A stretch of 32,000 nucleotides of DNA from Opitutales bacterium (lineage in GTDB: Bacteria; Verrucomicrobiota; Verrucomicrobiia; Opitutales; UBA9783). Under the pieces are notes generated by a model. It made no database searches, was not told the origin of the DNA, and saw only the letters and a program-made list of their open reading frames with translations. How positions within the stretch are numbered: position 1 is the first letter of the stretch; every line of letters begins with the position of its first letter. Location: NCBI GenBank assembly GCA_046881885.1, contig JBKSMP010000003.1, forward strand, positions 1 through 32,000, written 5' to 3'. Below are positions 1 to 7,355 of this stretch, piece after piece. The position numbers and the translations under genes were made by a program.

Positions 1-205
1 GTACTTTTAATTCTTCGTTTGCTATTGTAGGTTTCTCTTTTACTTCATTGTTAGTTGTTGCCGTTTCTTGATGTACCAGTTGAGCTTCGTTCGATCCAAA
101 TACGTCTTCTTTGGTCTCAAACACATCTTCTTCTCCTCCAATATTTCCTAATACGGTATTTACCGCTATTAGGCCACTTAATACTAGAATTATTTTGTTT
201 TTCAT
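1..205 (-). CDS. hypothetical secreted protein, N-terminal part only (gene runs off the window edge)
   Basis: Minus-strand frame is open from ATG (205-203) to position 1 with no stop: MKNKIILVLSGLIAVNTVLGNIGGEEDVFETKEDVFGSNEAQLVHQETATTNNEVKEKPTIANEELKV. The hydrophobic N-terminus looks like a signal peptide. It is absent from the ORF track, presumably because no stop lies in the window. Confidence 0.45.
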   Translation of the reverse strand, partial: MKNKIILVLSGLIAVNTVLGNIGGEEDVFETKEDVFGSNEAQLVHQETATTNNEVKEKPTIANEELKV

Positions 206-425
206 AAAATATTTCTCGCTCTATAGTTTATACTATCGGCATTTTTGCTAAAATCTTGAGAAAATTTTGCAATATCATAAAAAATTTAAGAACAGTCTTT
301 TATCTATATTTAAATAATAAGCATAAACCTAAACAAAGGGTATTTGCGACATATAAATTGGGGTAAATCCAGATTTCACCATCAGATAAAAACATAATTT
401 GATGAATTTAAGCTACCATAATGTT

Positions 426-465
426 TAAAAAACAACACCTTAAACCTGCCATTGGAAGCAGGTTT
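426..465 (-). terminator. rho-independent terminator downstream of the transporter-kinase gene
   Basis: Hairpin AAACCTGC (442-449) / GCAGGTTT (458-465) with an 8-nt loop. On the minus strand it is followed by a T-rich run (complement of 426-441, ..GTTGTTTTTTAA). It sits 30 nt after the stop at 496. Confidence 0.6.
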
Positions 466-495
466 AGTGTTTTATAAGGCTATGAATACAAAGGA

Positions 496-3141
496 TTAAG
501 CTTTTTGGATCAGCTTATCGTGATCTTTGCTTGGGAGAAGGATTTGAATGATGGCATTGCCGTCTTGGGAAATGAGCTCCAACTTGCCGTGCCATTTAGC
601 GACGATATCCTGGAATTCAGGGAAGCTGATGCCGAGTTCGACTTCGTCACCCAATTTCTGATCCTCGATAAACATACTGTTGAGGGCTTTTGCGGAAAAA
701 CCACTATTGGCAGCTTGCAGCAGGATTTGGGTATTGCCGATCGGATCGTTGTCGATGGCAATTACGATCGTGTTGCAACCGTTCGGTAACGCATGCCGGC
801 AAACGTTGACGAGGTTATTGATGATTCTGCGCAATAGTACAGCATCTACGCGTGCAAAAAACGTCCCTTTCGCCTGCAATTGAATATCGAAGTTAGGTTG
901 CAAAATCGTTTGTTTTTCGATGCAGCTGAGGACGCATTGGTTTAGATCTTCGAGTCTTAGGTGAGCATGATCTTTTAATCCTCCGACAACAAAGTCATCG
1001 ATATAATTGCCCATTTCATTGGCAATATTTTTGAGGAGCTGGCTTTCTTTTTCATCCAATTCTATTTTCTTTTTATTTCCAACAAGCATGTGAAAGGCCA
1101 TCAGAGGTGACATTAAATCATGCGATAAACTCCGTGCCATTAGGTAGCGTTCGCGGTAAGCAAGTAATTCTTTTTCTTTGCGCACTGTTTTCGAACAAGA
1201 CCGTAATAAAAATAAAATAGCCACATACCCAAATACATAAGAACTATGTTGCCAAGAAAAAGTTTCTGGCCAATACAAAATACAATTATTTTTTTGATAA
1301 AAGAGAAGTATTGTGAATATTGCTAAGCAACAGGTAATAATTATTTTCTTTTCATATTTTTCTTCAATACTTAAGAGCATTACAACGAATGACAATACTA
1401 AGGTTAATATATGTAGTCCGTTTTCTTGAGACGTTAATAAAAGATAAGTTGAAGAAACTGGCAAACAAAAAAACAAGGTCGTTAATTTGAGCCACTGAAA
1501 CCGTTTTTCTTCGGCAAATAATTCTAAAGATCCTCCAAAAATGAGTAGTATAGCCATTGTGCCATTTATAAGGGTCAGTATTAATTTTGAATACGTTAAT
1601 GATCCTGCTTCAAATACAAGCGGCATCAATTGCAAAAATACAAGACATAATCCTAAAAATATATTATTTCGCATTTGTAAATCACGTATGCTTGGCTGTT
1701 GCTTGACTTGTACCTCTTCTGCTTGACACATTCGTTTCAACTCTTCCTTCGAAAATACTTTCTGCCGACCTCCCAAGAAATAAAAGAAAAGTACCGTCAT
1801 TACGTTTGCGAAAAACCCAGGAAGTAAACCATCAACATTGGTAATTGGTTTTAGATTTATATTCCATAAAATGCTGGTAGTAAGTCCTACAATTGCACTT
1901 ACGAATAAGCCTTTTGTAGATATTTTTACATTAAAAATAAGGAAATATAAAGGAGCTAATATTATAGACATCCATAAAGTACGTGTTAAGATTCTTGTTT
2001 CAAATAAACCTACACGTTGATTTGCAAAAGCAATTGCTGAAACACCTATGAATATTGATGCTATCCGTACCCACTTTAATTTTTCTTTTTCAGATAATTC
2101 TTTCTTTTTTATGTATCTGTTGTAAGGGATTATAATGTCATTTACTAATATCACGCTACCATTATTTAAAATGGAATCAGCAGAAGACATTAATACAGCT
2201 AAAACGCCTACTATGGCTAGACCTAAAACACCAACTGGTAAGTATTCTGAAATTAAAACGAATAAGGTATGATCTGTTTTTTGTAACGTTGGTAATAAAA
2301 CTTTGGCAACCAAACCTAAACCTACAATCATAACAGCCATAAACAAATAAACCCAAAAAAGATTGTAATAAATTTTTGTTCCTTGTTTATGATTTTTTGT
2401 CATTAATAAACGCTGTATATGAATAGGGGTAAATGTAGATAACATTAATGGTAGGATTAAAAATGAATAGCGATGTAGGTTTTCTCCAGAAATACTTATA
2501 TGGGATTTAGGTAATTGTTCTAATAAAGCATTAAAACCTCCGATTTTTCCAAGCGTAACAATAAAAAGTATCGGGATTATTAAAAAAAATGCAATAAATT
2601 GCAAAACATCTGTAAATGTAACTGCTCGTATACCACCTCGTCCTGTATAAATAAGAATAATACAAGCAGAAATTAAAAGACTTGTTGAATAAGAAAGTCT
2701 TGTTAATGTACTAATGGCCATTCCCATAGCCATAAATTGTACACTAATATTAAAAATTTCATAAATAAAACCTATCGTTCCTGCTAATACTTTACCAGTT
2801 ATTCCATGAGATTTATAAAAGATATCCCCTAAAGAATAACTGCCATAATAATCACTTAATCGTTTTGTTAAAAAAGTACCTATAACAAGAAAATTAATAA
2901 GCATACCAAGCAAGGCTAAAAGTTGTGTTACACCGATTTTACAAGCATTTCCAACTCCACCAATTAATGTACTTCCTCCAATCGCAGTTGCTGCTAGAGT
3001 ACAAAAAATAGCGAAATCAGAAAATTTCCTGTTGCCAATTGCATAATCACTGAATGTTTTAATCTTTTTTCCGGAATTAAAGCCTATATACAGCGTTGCA
3101 ATAAGAAAGGCTACTATAATTGAAATGTCAACAATATGCAT
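496..3141 (-). CDS. hybrid sodium:solute symporter (SSF/SLC5)-like membrane domain fused to a histidine kinase
   Basis: Single 881-aa ORF. The N-terminal ~480 aa is polytopic and SSF-like (MHIVDISIIVAFLIATLYIGF.., AIGGSTLIGG). A second block of about 6 hydrophobic helices follows. The C-terminus has a HisKA H-box (SLSHDLMSPL, nt 1102-1140) and a HATPase_c-like region (RRIINNLVNVCRHA .. ANSGFS .. ELGISF). The architecture resembles CbrA/CrbS-type SLC5 sensor kinases. Confidence 0.8.
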   Translation of the reverse strand: MHIVDISIIVAFLIATLYIGFNSGKKIKTFSDYAIGNRKFSDFAIFCTLAATAIGGSTLIGGVGNACKIGVTQLLALLGMLINFLVIGTFLTKRLSDYYGSYSLGDIFYKSHGITGKVLAGTIGFIYEIFNISVQFMAMGMAISTLTRLSYSTSLLISACIILIYTGRGGIRAVTFTDVLQFIAFFLIIPILFIVTLGKIGGFNALLEQLPKSHISISGENLHRYSFLILPLMLSTFTPIHIQRLLMTKNHKQGTKIYYNLFWVYLFMAVMIVGLGLVAKVLLPTLQKTDHTLFVLISEYLPVGVLGLAIVGVLAVLMSSADSILNNGSVILVNDIIIPYNRYIKKKELSEKEKLKWVRIASIFIGVSAIAFANQRVGLFETRILTRTLWMSIILAPLYFLIFNVKISTKGLFVSAIVGLTTSILWNINLKPITNVDGLLPGFFANVMTVLFFYFLGGRQKVFSKEELKRMCQAEEVQVKQQPSIRDLQMRNNIFLGLCLVFLQLMPLVFEAGSLTYSKLILTLINGTMAILLIFGGSLELFAEEKRFQWLKLTTLFFCLPVSSTYLLLTSQENGLHILTLVLSFVVMLLSIEEKYEKKIIITCCLAIFTILLFYQKNNCILYWPETFSWQHSSYVFGYVAILFLLRSCSKTVRKEKELLAYRERYLMARSLSHDLMSPLMAFHMLVGNKKKIELDEKESQLLKNIANEMGNYIDDFVVGGLKDHAHLRLEDLNQCVLSCIEKQTILQPNFDIQLQAKGTFFARVDAVLLRRIINNLVNVCRHALPNGCNTIVIAIDNDPIGNTQILLQAANSGFSAKALNSMFIEDQKLGDEVELGISFPEFQDIVAKWHGKLELISQDGNAIIQILLPSKDHDKLIQKA

Positions 3142-3236
3142 GACTTTTTATTAGTTGGATTTTTTACAAATGTCCAGCTTTTAAGTTAAAAACAGATATA
3201 TTTTGAGCTAAAAACAACAAAAAGAGAATACAACCA

Positions 3237-3494
3237 TTATCCAAAGAGTTCCATTTGATTTGGGTTTTCTTTAGATTTTGTTCTGTAGAGTTGAGCGTAA
3301 ATTTTCTTTGCATTTAGATGAAATCTTTCTGCGAACTGAGTAATAGTATATTTTACGCCATTAACTTGTAGCAAAACATTATTTCTTTTGTTGTTTGCTT
3401 GTTCTTTTAGAGAGGCCCAGGTGCGGTTTTCAGGACAATAACCTAAGTTATTATCTTTTCTGCTTATGCTATATTCATACAATTTTTCTCCCAA
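3237..3494 (-). pseudogene. fragment of a phage/homing-endonuclease-associated (HNH-like) DNA-binding protein
   Basis: 85-aa ORF. SISRKDNNLGYCPENRTWASLKEQANNKRNN..VNGVKYTITQFAERFHL matches the common ..DRIDNNxGYxPxNCRWAxxKEQxNNxR..G..xTLxEWA.. pattern of small phage/HNH-associated proteins. The usual N-terminal part is missing. It abuts the IS30 remnant. Confidence 0.4.
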
Positions 3495-3500
3495 GCCGAT

Positions 3501-4420
3501 TCAAGTCTGAAGTGCAAGCTCTAAGCTCAAAAAAGAACCACTCAGAATGTAATGCGAAGCCCAAGAATTTTCTAGATTTTTGGCGGCAATCGGCGAGATA
3601 TGCTTGTGTGTAATTTGCTTTGTTTTTTTTAGAAAAATATTGCAAGGTGCGGCCTTGAGGGAGTCAATGGCCGTTGGCCATTTGAAAGTTTTTTGGAACC
3701 AATTCCGCATTTCCAAGGGCAATGCGGATGGGCAAAATACATCATTGCATTCAAGGGGCTTGCGATGGTTTTATGGTCGGCGAATTCGGTGCCATTGTCA
3801 AGTGTAATGGATTTTACGGCCTGAGGAAATGGTTCAAATGCCGATGAAATAGCGTTTCGAATGGTTTCGGGTTTTTTGTTAGGAATAAGTTTTGTGGCGA
3901 GAAACCGAGTTTTTCGTTTGACTAATGTCACGAGATAATTTTGCCCACGAACAAGCTCGAACGTATCCCATTCCCAGTGGCCGAATCCCGCTCTAGAGCT
4001 AAGATCTGGACAAGTTTGAATTGAGAGATTTTTTGTAAAAAATCCGTCAAACTCCCTTAAAACTTTTATTTATTGCACAATACTATTGTGCAATAAATAA
4101 AAGTTTTTGAGTGGTTAAGGGAAGCTTTTTCAAAAAGTTCCCTTATTAAGCGAATGCTCCCGCTCGAATTTCCGCATAAATTCTGCGATAAATGCTTTCG
4201 TGACTGATGTTTACAATGCTCGCAATCTGTTCCGGACTAAAATTTTGAGCAATCCGAACACCTTTCCCCAGGTCTTTTGGCTGATTTTAGACACTTTTGA
4301 ACACTTTCGACGCTTGTTGGCTAGCTTCTCATCTCTTTCTGCTTTTCGCAATTTTTTACTTCCCGTGTTGCTCTTCACGGTTGAACTTGCAGTTTAAAGT
4401 GATTTTTCCCTTGAGACTAT
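3501..4420 (-). mobile_element. degraded IS30-family insertion sequence (transposase pseudogene with multiple frameshifts and stops)
   Basis: Minus-strand pieces carry IS30 transposase hallmarks in the right order. Positions ~4290-4150: ..NFSPEQIASIVNISHESIYRRIYAEIRAGAF* (HTH2 region). Positions ~4020-3629: ..SRAGFGHWEWDTFELVRGQNYLVTLVKRKTRFLATKL..ITLDNGTEFADHKTIA..YFAHPHCPW (DDE core). The remainder lies in another frame (3501-3722). In-frame stops and frame changes are visible. No terminal inverted repeats were identified. Confidence 0.7.
4053..4137. repeat. 49-bp perfect palindrome with an outer 8-bp inverted repeat and an adjacent small palindrome
   Basis: Positions 4059-4082 (AAAACTTTTATTTATTGCACAATA) are the exact reverse complement of 4084-4107 (TATTGTGCAATAAATAAAAGTTTT), with a single central C at 4083. 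The outer pair is TCCCTTAA (4053-4060) / TTAAGGGA (4115-4122). A second palindrome, CTTTTTcAAAAAG, lies at 4125-4137. Confidence 0.9.
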
Positions 4421-4447
4421 TAGATGATTTTGATACTGTAAGCTTTT

Positions 4448-5716
4448 ATGAAAAAAAGAAAAATTGTAATAAGTTGTTTTTTTATTTCATTTTGTTTGGT
4501 TAAACCATTTGTCGAAGCTAATCCAATAGATGAAATTTATGATCAAATTTCTCAAGTTCAGCATGATGCATCATTTGAAGGATTATTAAAACAAGAAAAG
4601 CAAGATCAAAAATTGTTATTAAAGTTGTTAAATGAAATATTACAAGCAACTTATGAAGATATACACATTGTTAAAATCGAAAGAATTGCAGAAGATTGTA
4701 TTTCTTTAAATGATTACGGTATGATAAGTGAAAATTCTCTTGAGCAAGTATTTAAATCTTTACAGGAAAAGCTTAATGAAAATAAAAATTTTTTAAATTT
4801 TGTTGTGTTTAATGAGACATTTTTTTGTAAAAAGATGCCTTTAATGAAGGAAACTTTTGAAAGACTGGAATCGCAAATAAAAGATATTTCTTTAAGAAAT
4901 AAAAATGCAGTTATATACGTAAATTTTTTAAAGCAAGAAAAAGAAACATTACCTAAAGAAAAAATATTACAAATATATACAAAAACGGCTAAGTACAAGC
5001 AAGAAGGTAGTTTTGTAGTAAATGATATGTTTAATCTTGATAAAATAATGGGATCTTATTTGGAATCTATAAAGGCATTAGTTGCTGAAAATAAAGAACA
5101 AGAAATAAATGTATTAAGTAATTTTAATAAAAGTTATTATGGTGGACAAGAAATGACATGTTATTACAAAACTTCTTATTATACAGAAGTTGAAGATGAA
5201 TTTTTAAAACAAGATAAATTTATATATATGATGGGTGATGGAAAAGATCATGATATAGCCAAAACCCCCTTAAGTAGTGCACTTTTACGATATGTATCTA
5301 CACAGATTTGTTCTGATGTATTACGTCAAACAAGGGGTGTTGAATTTATTGAAAATGAAGATGGGTTTAAATCTATATATCATATAATTGTTTCAAATAC
5401 AATTGCTCTTCCATGTCCTATGTTTTCCATGATGGTTCCTTCAGAAAAAATTATAATAAATGTGGATTCGTATGATTCATTTCCTGGTTTATTTTATCGT
5501 GCATTTAAAACTTTATATTATTTACGGCAAAATGGGGAGTATTTTTGTGCTTCTTTATTGAAATGTCGTGATTCTTATGAGGATGATGCGAAAAAAGCAA
5601 GAGGTGAGAATGTTATAAAGCCAATAAGTTCCAATGAAAAAATAATATTTGAAGAACAGGATTTGTCATATGCATATAAAATAACAGATATCAAAATGGG
5701 ATTAAACGAAAAATAA
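4448..5716 (+). CDS. hypothetical secreted protein; possible divergent nitrilase-superfamily (C-N hydrolase) fold
   Basis: 422-aa ORF. The N-terminus is signal-peptide-like (MKKRKIVISCFFISFCLVKPFVEA|NP). Motifs occur in the order expected for the Glu-Lys-(Glu)-Cys catalytic set: NFVVFNETFF, CYYKTSYYTEVEDEF, VSTQICSDVLRQT. This is the most AT-rich coding stretch in the window. Confidence 0.6.
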   Translation: MKKRKIVISCFFISFCLVKPFVEANPIDEIYDQISQVQHDASFEGLLKQEKQDQKLLLKLLNEILQATYEDIHIVKIERIAEDCISLNDYGMISENSLEQVFKSLQEKLNENKNFLNFVVFNETFFCKKMPLMKETFERLESQIKDISLRNKNAVIYVNFLKQEKETLPKEKILQIYTKTAKYKQEGSFVVNDMFNLDKIMGSYLESIKALVAENKEQEINVLSNFNKSYYGGQEMTCYYKTSYYTEVEDEFLKQDKFIYMMGDGKDHDIAKTPLSSALLRYVSTQICSDVLRQTRGVEFIENEDGFKSIYHIIVSNTIALPCPMFSMMVPSEKIIINVDSYDSFPGLFYRAFKTLYYLRQNGEYFCASLLKCRDSYEDDAKKARGENVIKPISSNEKIIFEEQDLSYAYKITDIKMGLNEK

Positions 5717-5821
5717 GTGATGTTTTTATTGCGGGCAGCAAGTTTTGAAATTTATTACAAATTTTTTTACTTTATAATTGCATTTGGAAGAAAAGTGTTT
5801 TTACTTAAAGGAAATTAATAC

Positions 5822-5905
5822 GCTTAGGTGGTGGAATGGTAGACACACACGTTTGAGGGGCGTGTGCCGAGAGGCGTGGGGGTTCGAGTCCCCTCTTAAG
5901 CACCA
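5822..5905 (+). tRNA. tRNA-Leu (anticodon GAG)
   Basis: 84 nt. Acceptor stem GCTTAGG/CTTAAGC (one G-U). D-arm GTGG-TGGAATGGTAGA-CAC typical of tRNA-Leu. Anticodon stem CACGT/GCGTG with loop TTGAGGG. Long variable arm (class II). T-arm GGGG-TTCGAGT-CCCC. The 3' CCA is encoded. Confidence 0.85.
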
Positions 5906-5911
5906 TTTTTT

Positions 5912-7171
5912 ATGTTAGATATTCATTATTTTCGTGTGGCATTTGATGAAATTCAGCGTGGGATTTCAAAGAAGCATTTTGCTTGTGATTTAGAAAAAGT
6001 TCGTCAATTGGATCAGGAACGTATTGCTTGTTTGAAAGCTTTCGAAGCGGCTCGAGCTCAACAGCAGGCAGCCAATAAATCCATGGCTCAGCTCGATAAA
6101 AAATCTGAAGATTTTCGTAAGGCTATTCAAGAATTAAAGGCCTTGTCGGAGCAAGTAAAACAGTTGGAAGAGGTGCATAAAAATGCCGAGCAAGTATTTC
6201 AAAAAGAGTGGTTGGCGATTCCTAACATTCCAGATGTTTCTGTACCTGTAGGCCAAACGCCTCAAGATAATGTAGAGCTTTATCAGTGGCAACCTTCAAC
6301 TGCGCCATTGGATACTGCTTGTCCGCATTATGAAATTCCTAATTTTCAAAAATGGTTAGATTTTACGCGTGGTACAAAAGTTATGGGAGCTGGCTTTCCA
6401 TTTTATGCAGGTCCTGTAGCACGATTAGTACGCGCATTGGTAGCTTTTTTCCTCGAGGAAGCTCACAAAAATGGCTATATGGAGCTTTTGACGCCGCTTT
6501 TGGTTAATGCGGCAAGTGCAACGGCAACAGGACAATTGCCAGATAAGGAAGGCATGATGTACGCAACGGATGAAGGTTATTTGATTCCGACAGCCGAAGT
6601 GCCGATTACGAATTATTTTCGTGATGAAATCTTTTCGGAAGTAGATTTGCCCCAAAAATATTGTGCTTATTCAGCTTGTTTTCGCCGTGAGGCAGGTAGT
6701 TGGGGAAAAGATGTTCGTGGCTTGAATCGCTTACATCAATTTGATAAAGTTGAGTTGGTTCAGTGGGTACATCCAGAAAAAAGCATGGAAGCGCTCGATC
6801 TTTTGCGAAAGGATGCAGAAGGTTTGATTCAAAAATTGGAATTGCCATATCGTGTTTTAGCAATTTGTACGGGCGATATGGGCTTCCCGCATGCCAAACA
6901 ATATGATTTGGAAGTTTGGTCGGCAGGACAAAAACGTTGGTTGGAAGTGTCCAGTTGTAGCTGTTTTACGGATTTCCAAGCGCGCCGTGCCAATATTCGT
7001 TTTCGTGACAAAGATGGTAGCTTGAAATTTGTCCATACATTGAACGGTTCCGGTTTGGCTGTTCCGCGTATCCTAGCTGCCATTTTAGAAAATAATTACG
7101 ATGGCAAGGGTGTTGTAAAAATTCCGTCCATTCTTCATAAGTGGTTACCTGAAAAAGAAATTAGGTTTTAA
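5912..7171 (+). CDS. serS: seryl-tRNA synthetase
   Basis: 419 aa. N-terminal coiled-coil arm, then class II motifs ([26 protein letters not shown]; [19 protein letters not shown]). Confidence 0.95.
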   Translation: MLDIHYFRVAFDEIQRGISKKHFACDLEKVRQLDQERIACLKAFEAARAQQQAANKSMAQLDKKSEDFRKAIQELKALSEQVKQLEEVHKNAEQVFQKEWLAIPNIPDVSVPVGQTPQDNVELYQWQPSTAPLDTACPHYEIPNFQKWLDFTRGTKVMGAGFPFYAGPVARLVRALVAFFLEEAHKNGYMELLTPLLVNAASATATGQLPDKEGMMYATDEGYLIPTAEVPITNYFRDEIFSEVDLPQKYCAYSACFRREAGSWGKDVRGLNRLHQFDKVELVQWVHPEKSMEALDLLRKDAEGLIQKLELPYRVLAICTGDMGFPHAKQYDLEVWSAGQKRWLEVSSCSCFTDFQARRANIRFRDKDGSLKFVHTLNGSGLAVPRILAAILENNYDGKGVVKIPSILHKWLPEKEIRF

Positions 7172-7355
7172 GAGTTGGTAATTAGCAAAACTTTTAAAAT
7201 TATAGGGTAGATAGCTCCTTGAAGTTTGGGTGATGGCTTTGAAAGTGGTTATAAAAATAGTCTAGAAAAACTATTTCCGGGCTTGCGCTTAAGTTTGAAA
7301 CTGTTTTACTAAAACTTATTAAGAAAATTAAAACATATTAAAGGTAGGTTTTTTA

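Noticed and set aside
454-467. Exact 14-nt match GGAAGCAGGTTTAG between the terminator at 454-467 and gmhB coding sequence at 27501-27514. The AAACCTGC/GCAGGTTT stem is also shared by the terminators at 442-465 and 10447-10472.
   Set aside because: A handful of 14-mer coincidences is expected by chance in 32 kb when both strands are considered. Two terminators sharing an 8-bp stem is insufficient to call a repeat family.
4200-4503. + strand ORFs 4200-4397 and 4297-4503, as possible small genes upstream of the secreted protein
   Set aside because: They overlap the antisense of the decayed IS30 N-terminal (HTH) region. They have no recognisable features and are more simply explained as chance ORFs in pseudogene DNA.
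3237-5905. tRNA-Leu as the integration site (attB) of a genomic island comprising the IS30/HNH remnants and the AT-rich secreted protein
   Set aside because: The mobile remnants lie on the 5' side of the tRNA gene (+ strand), whereas tRNA-targeting islands normally insert at the 3' end. I saw no integrase gene and no direct repeat of the tRNA 3' end. Adjacency alone is not evidence.
7172-7355. 184-nt serS-pyrG intergenic region, and the 135-nt gmhB-oppB and 150-240-nt oppC-thrS spacers, examined for riboswitch, attenuator or sRNA structure
   Set aside because: Only weak 4-5 bp hairpins and loose AAGTTTG repeats were seen. Nothing matches a known riboswitch core or a convincing terminator/antiterminator pair by eye.
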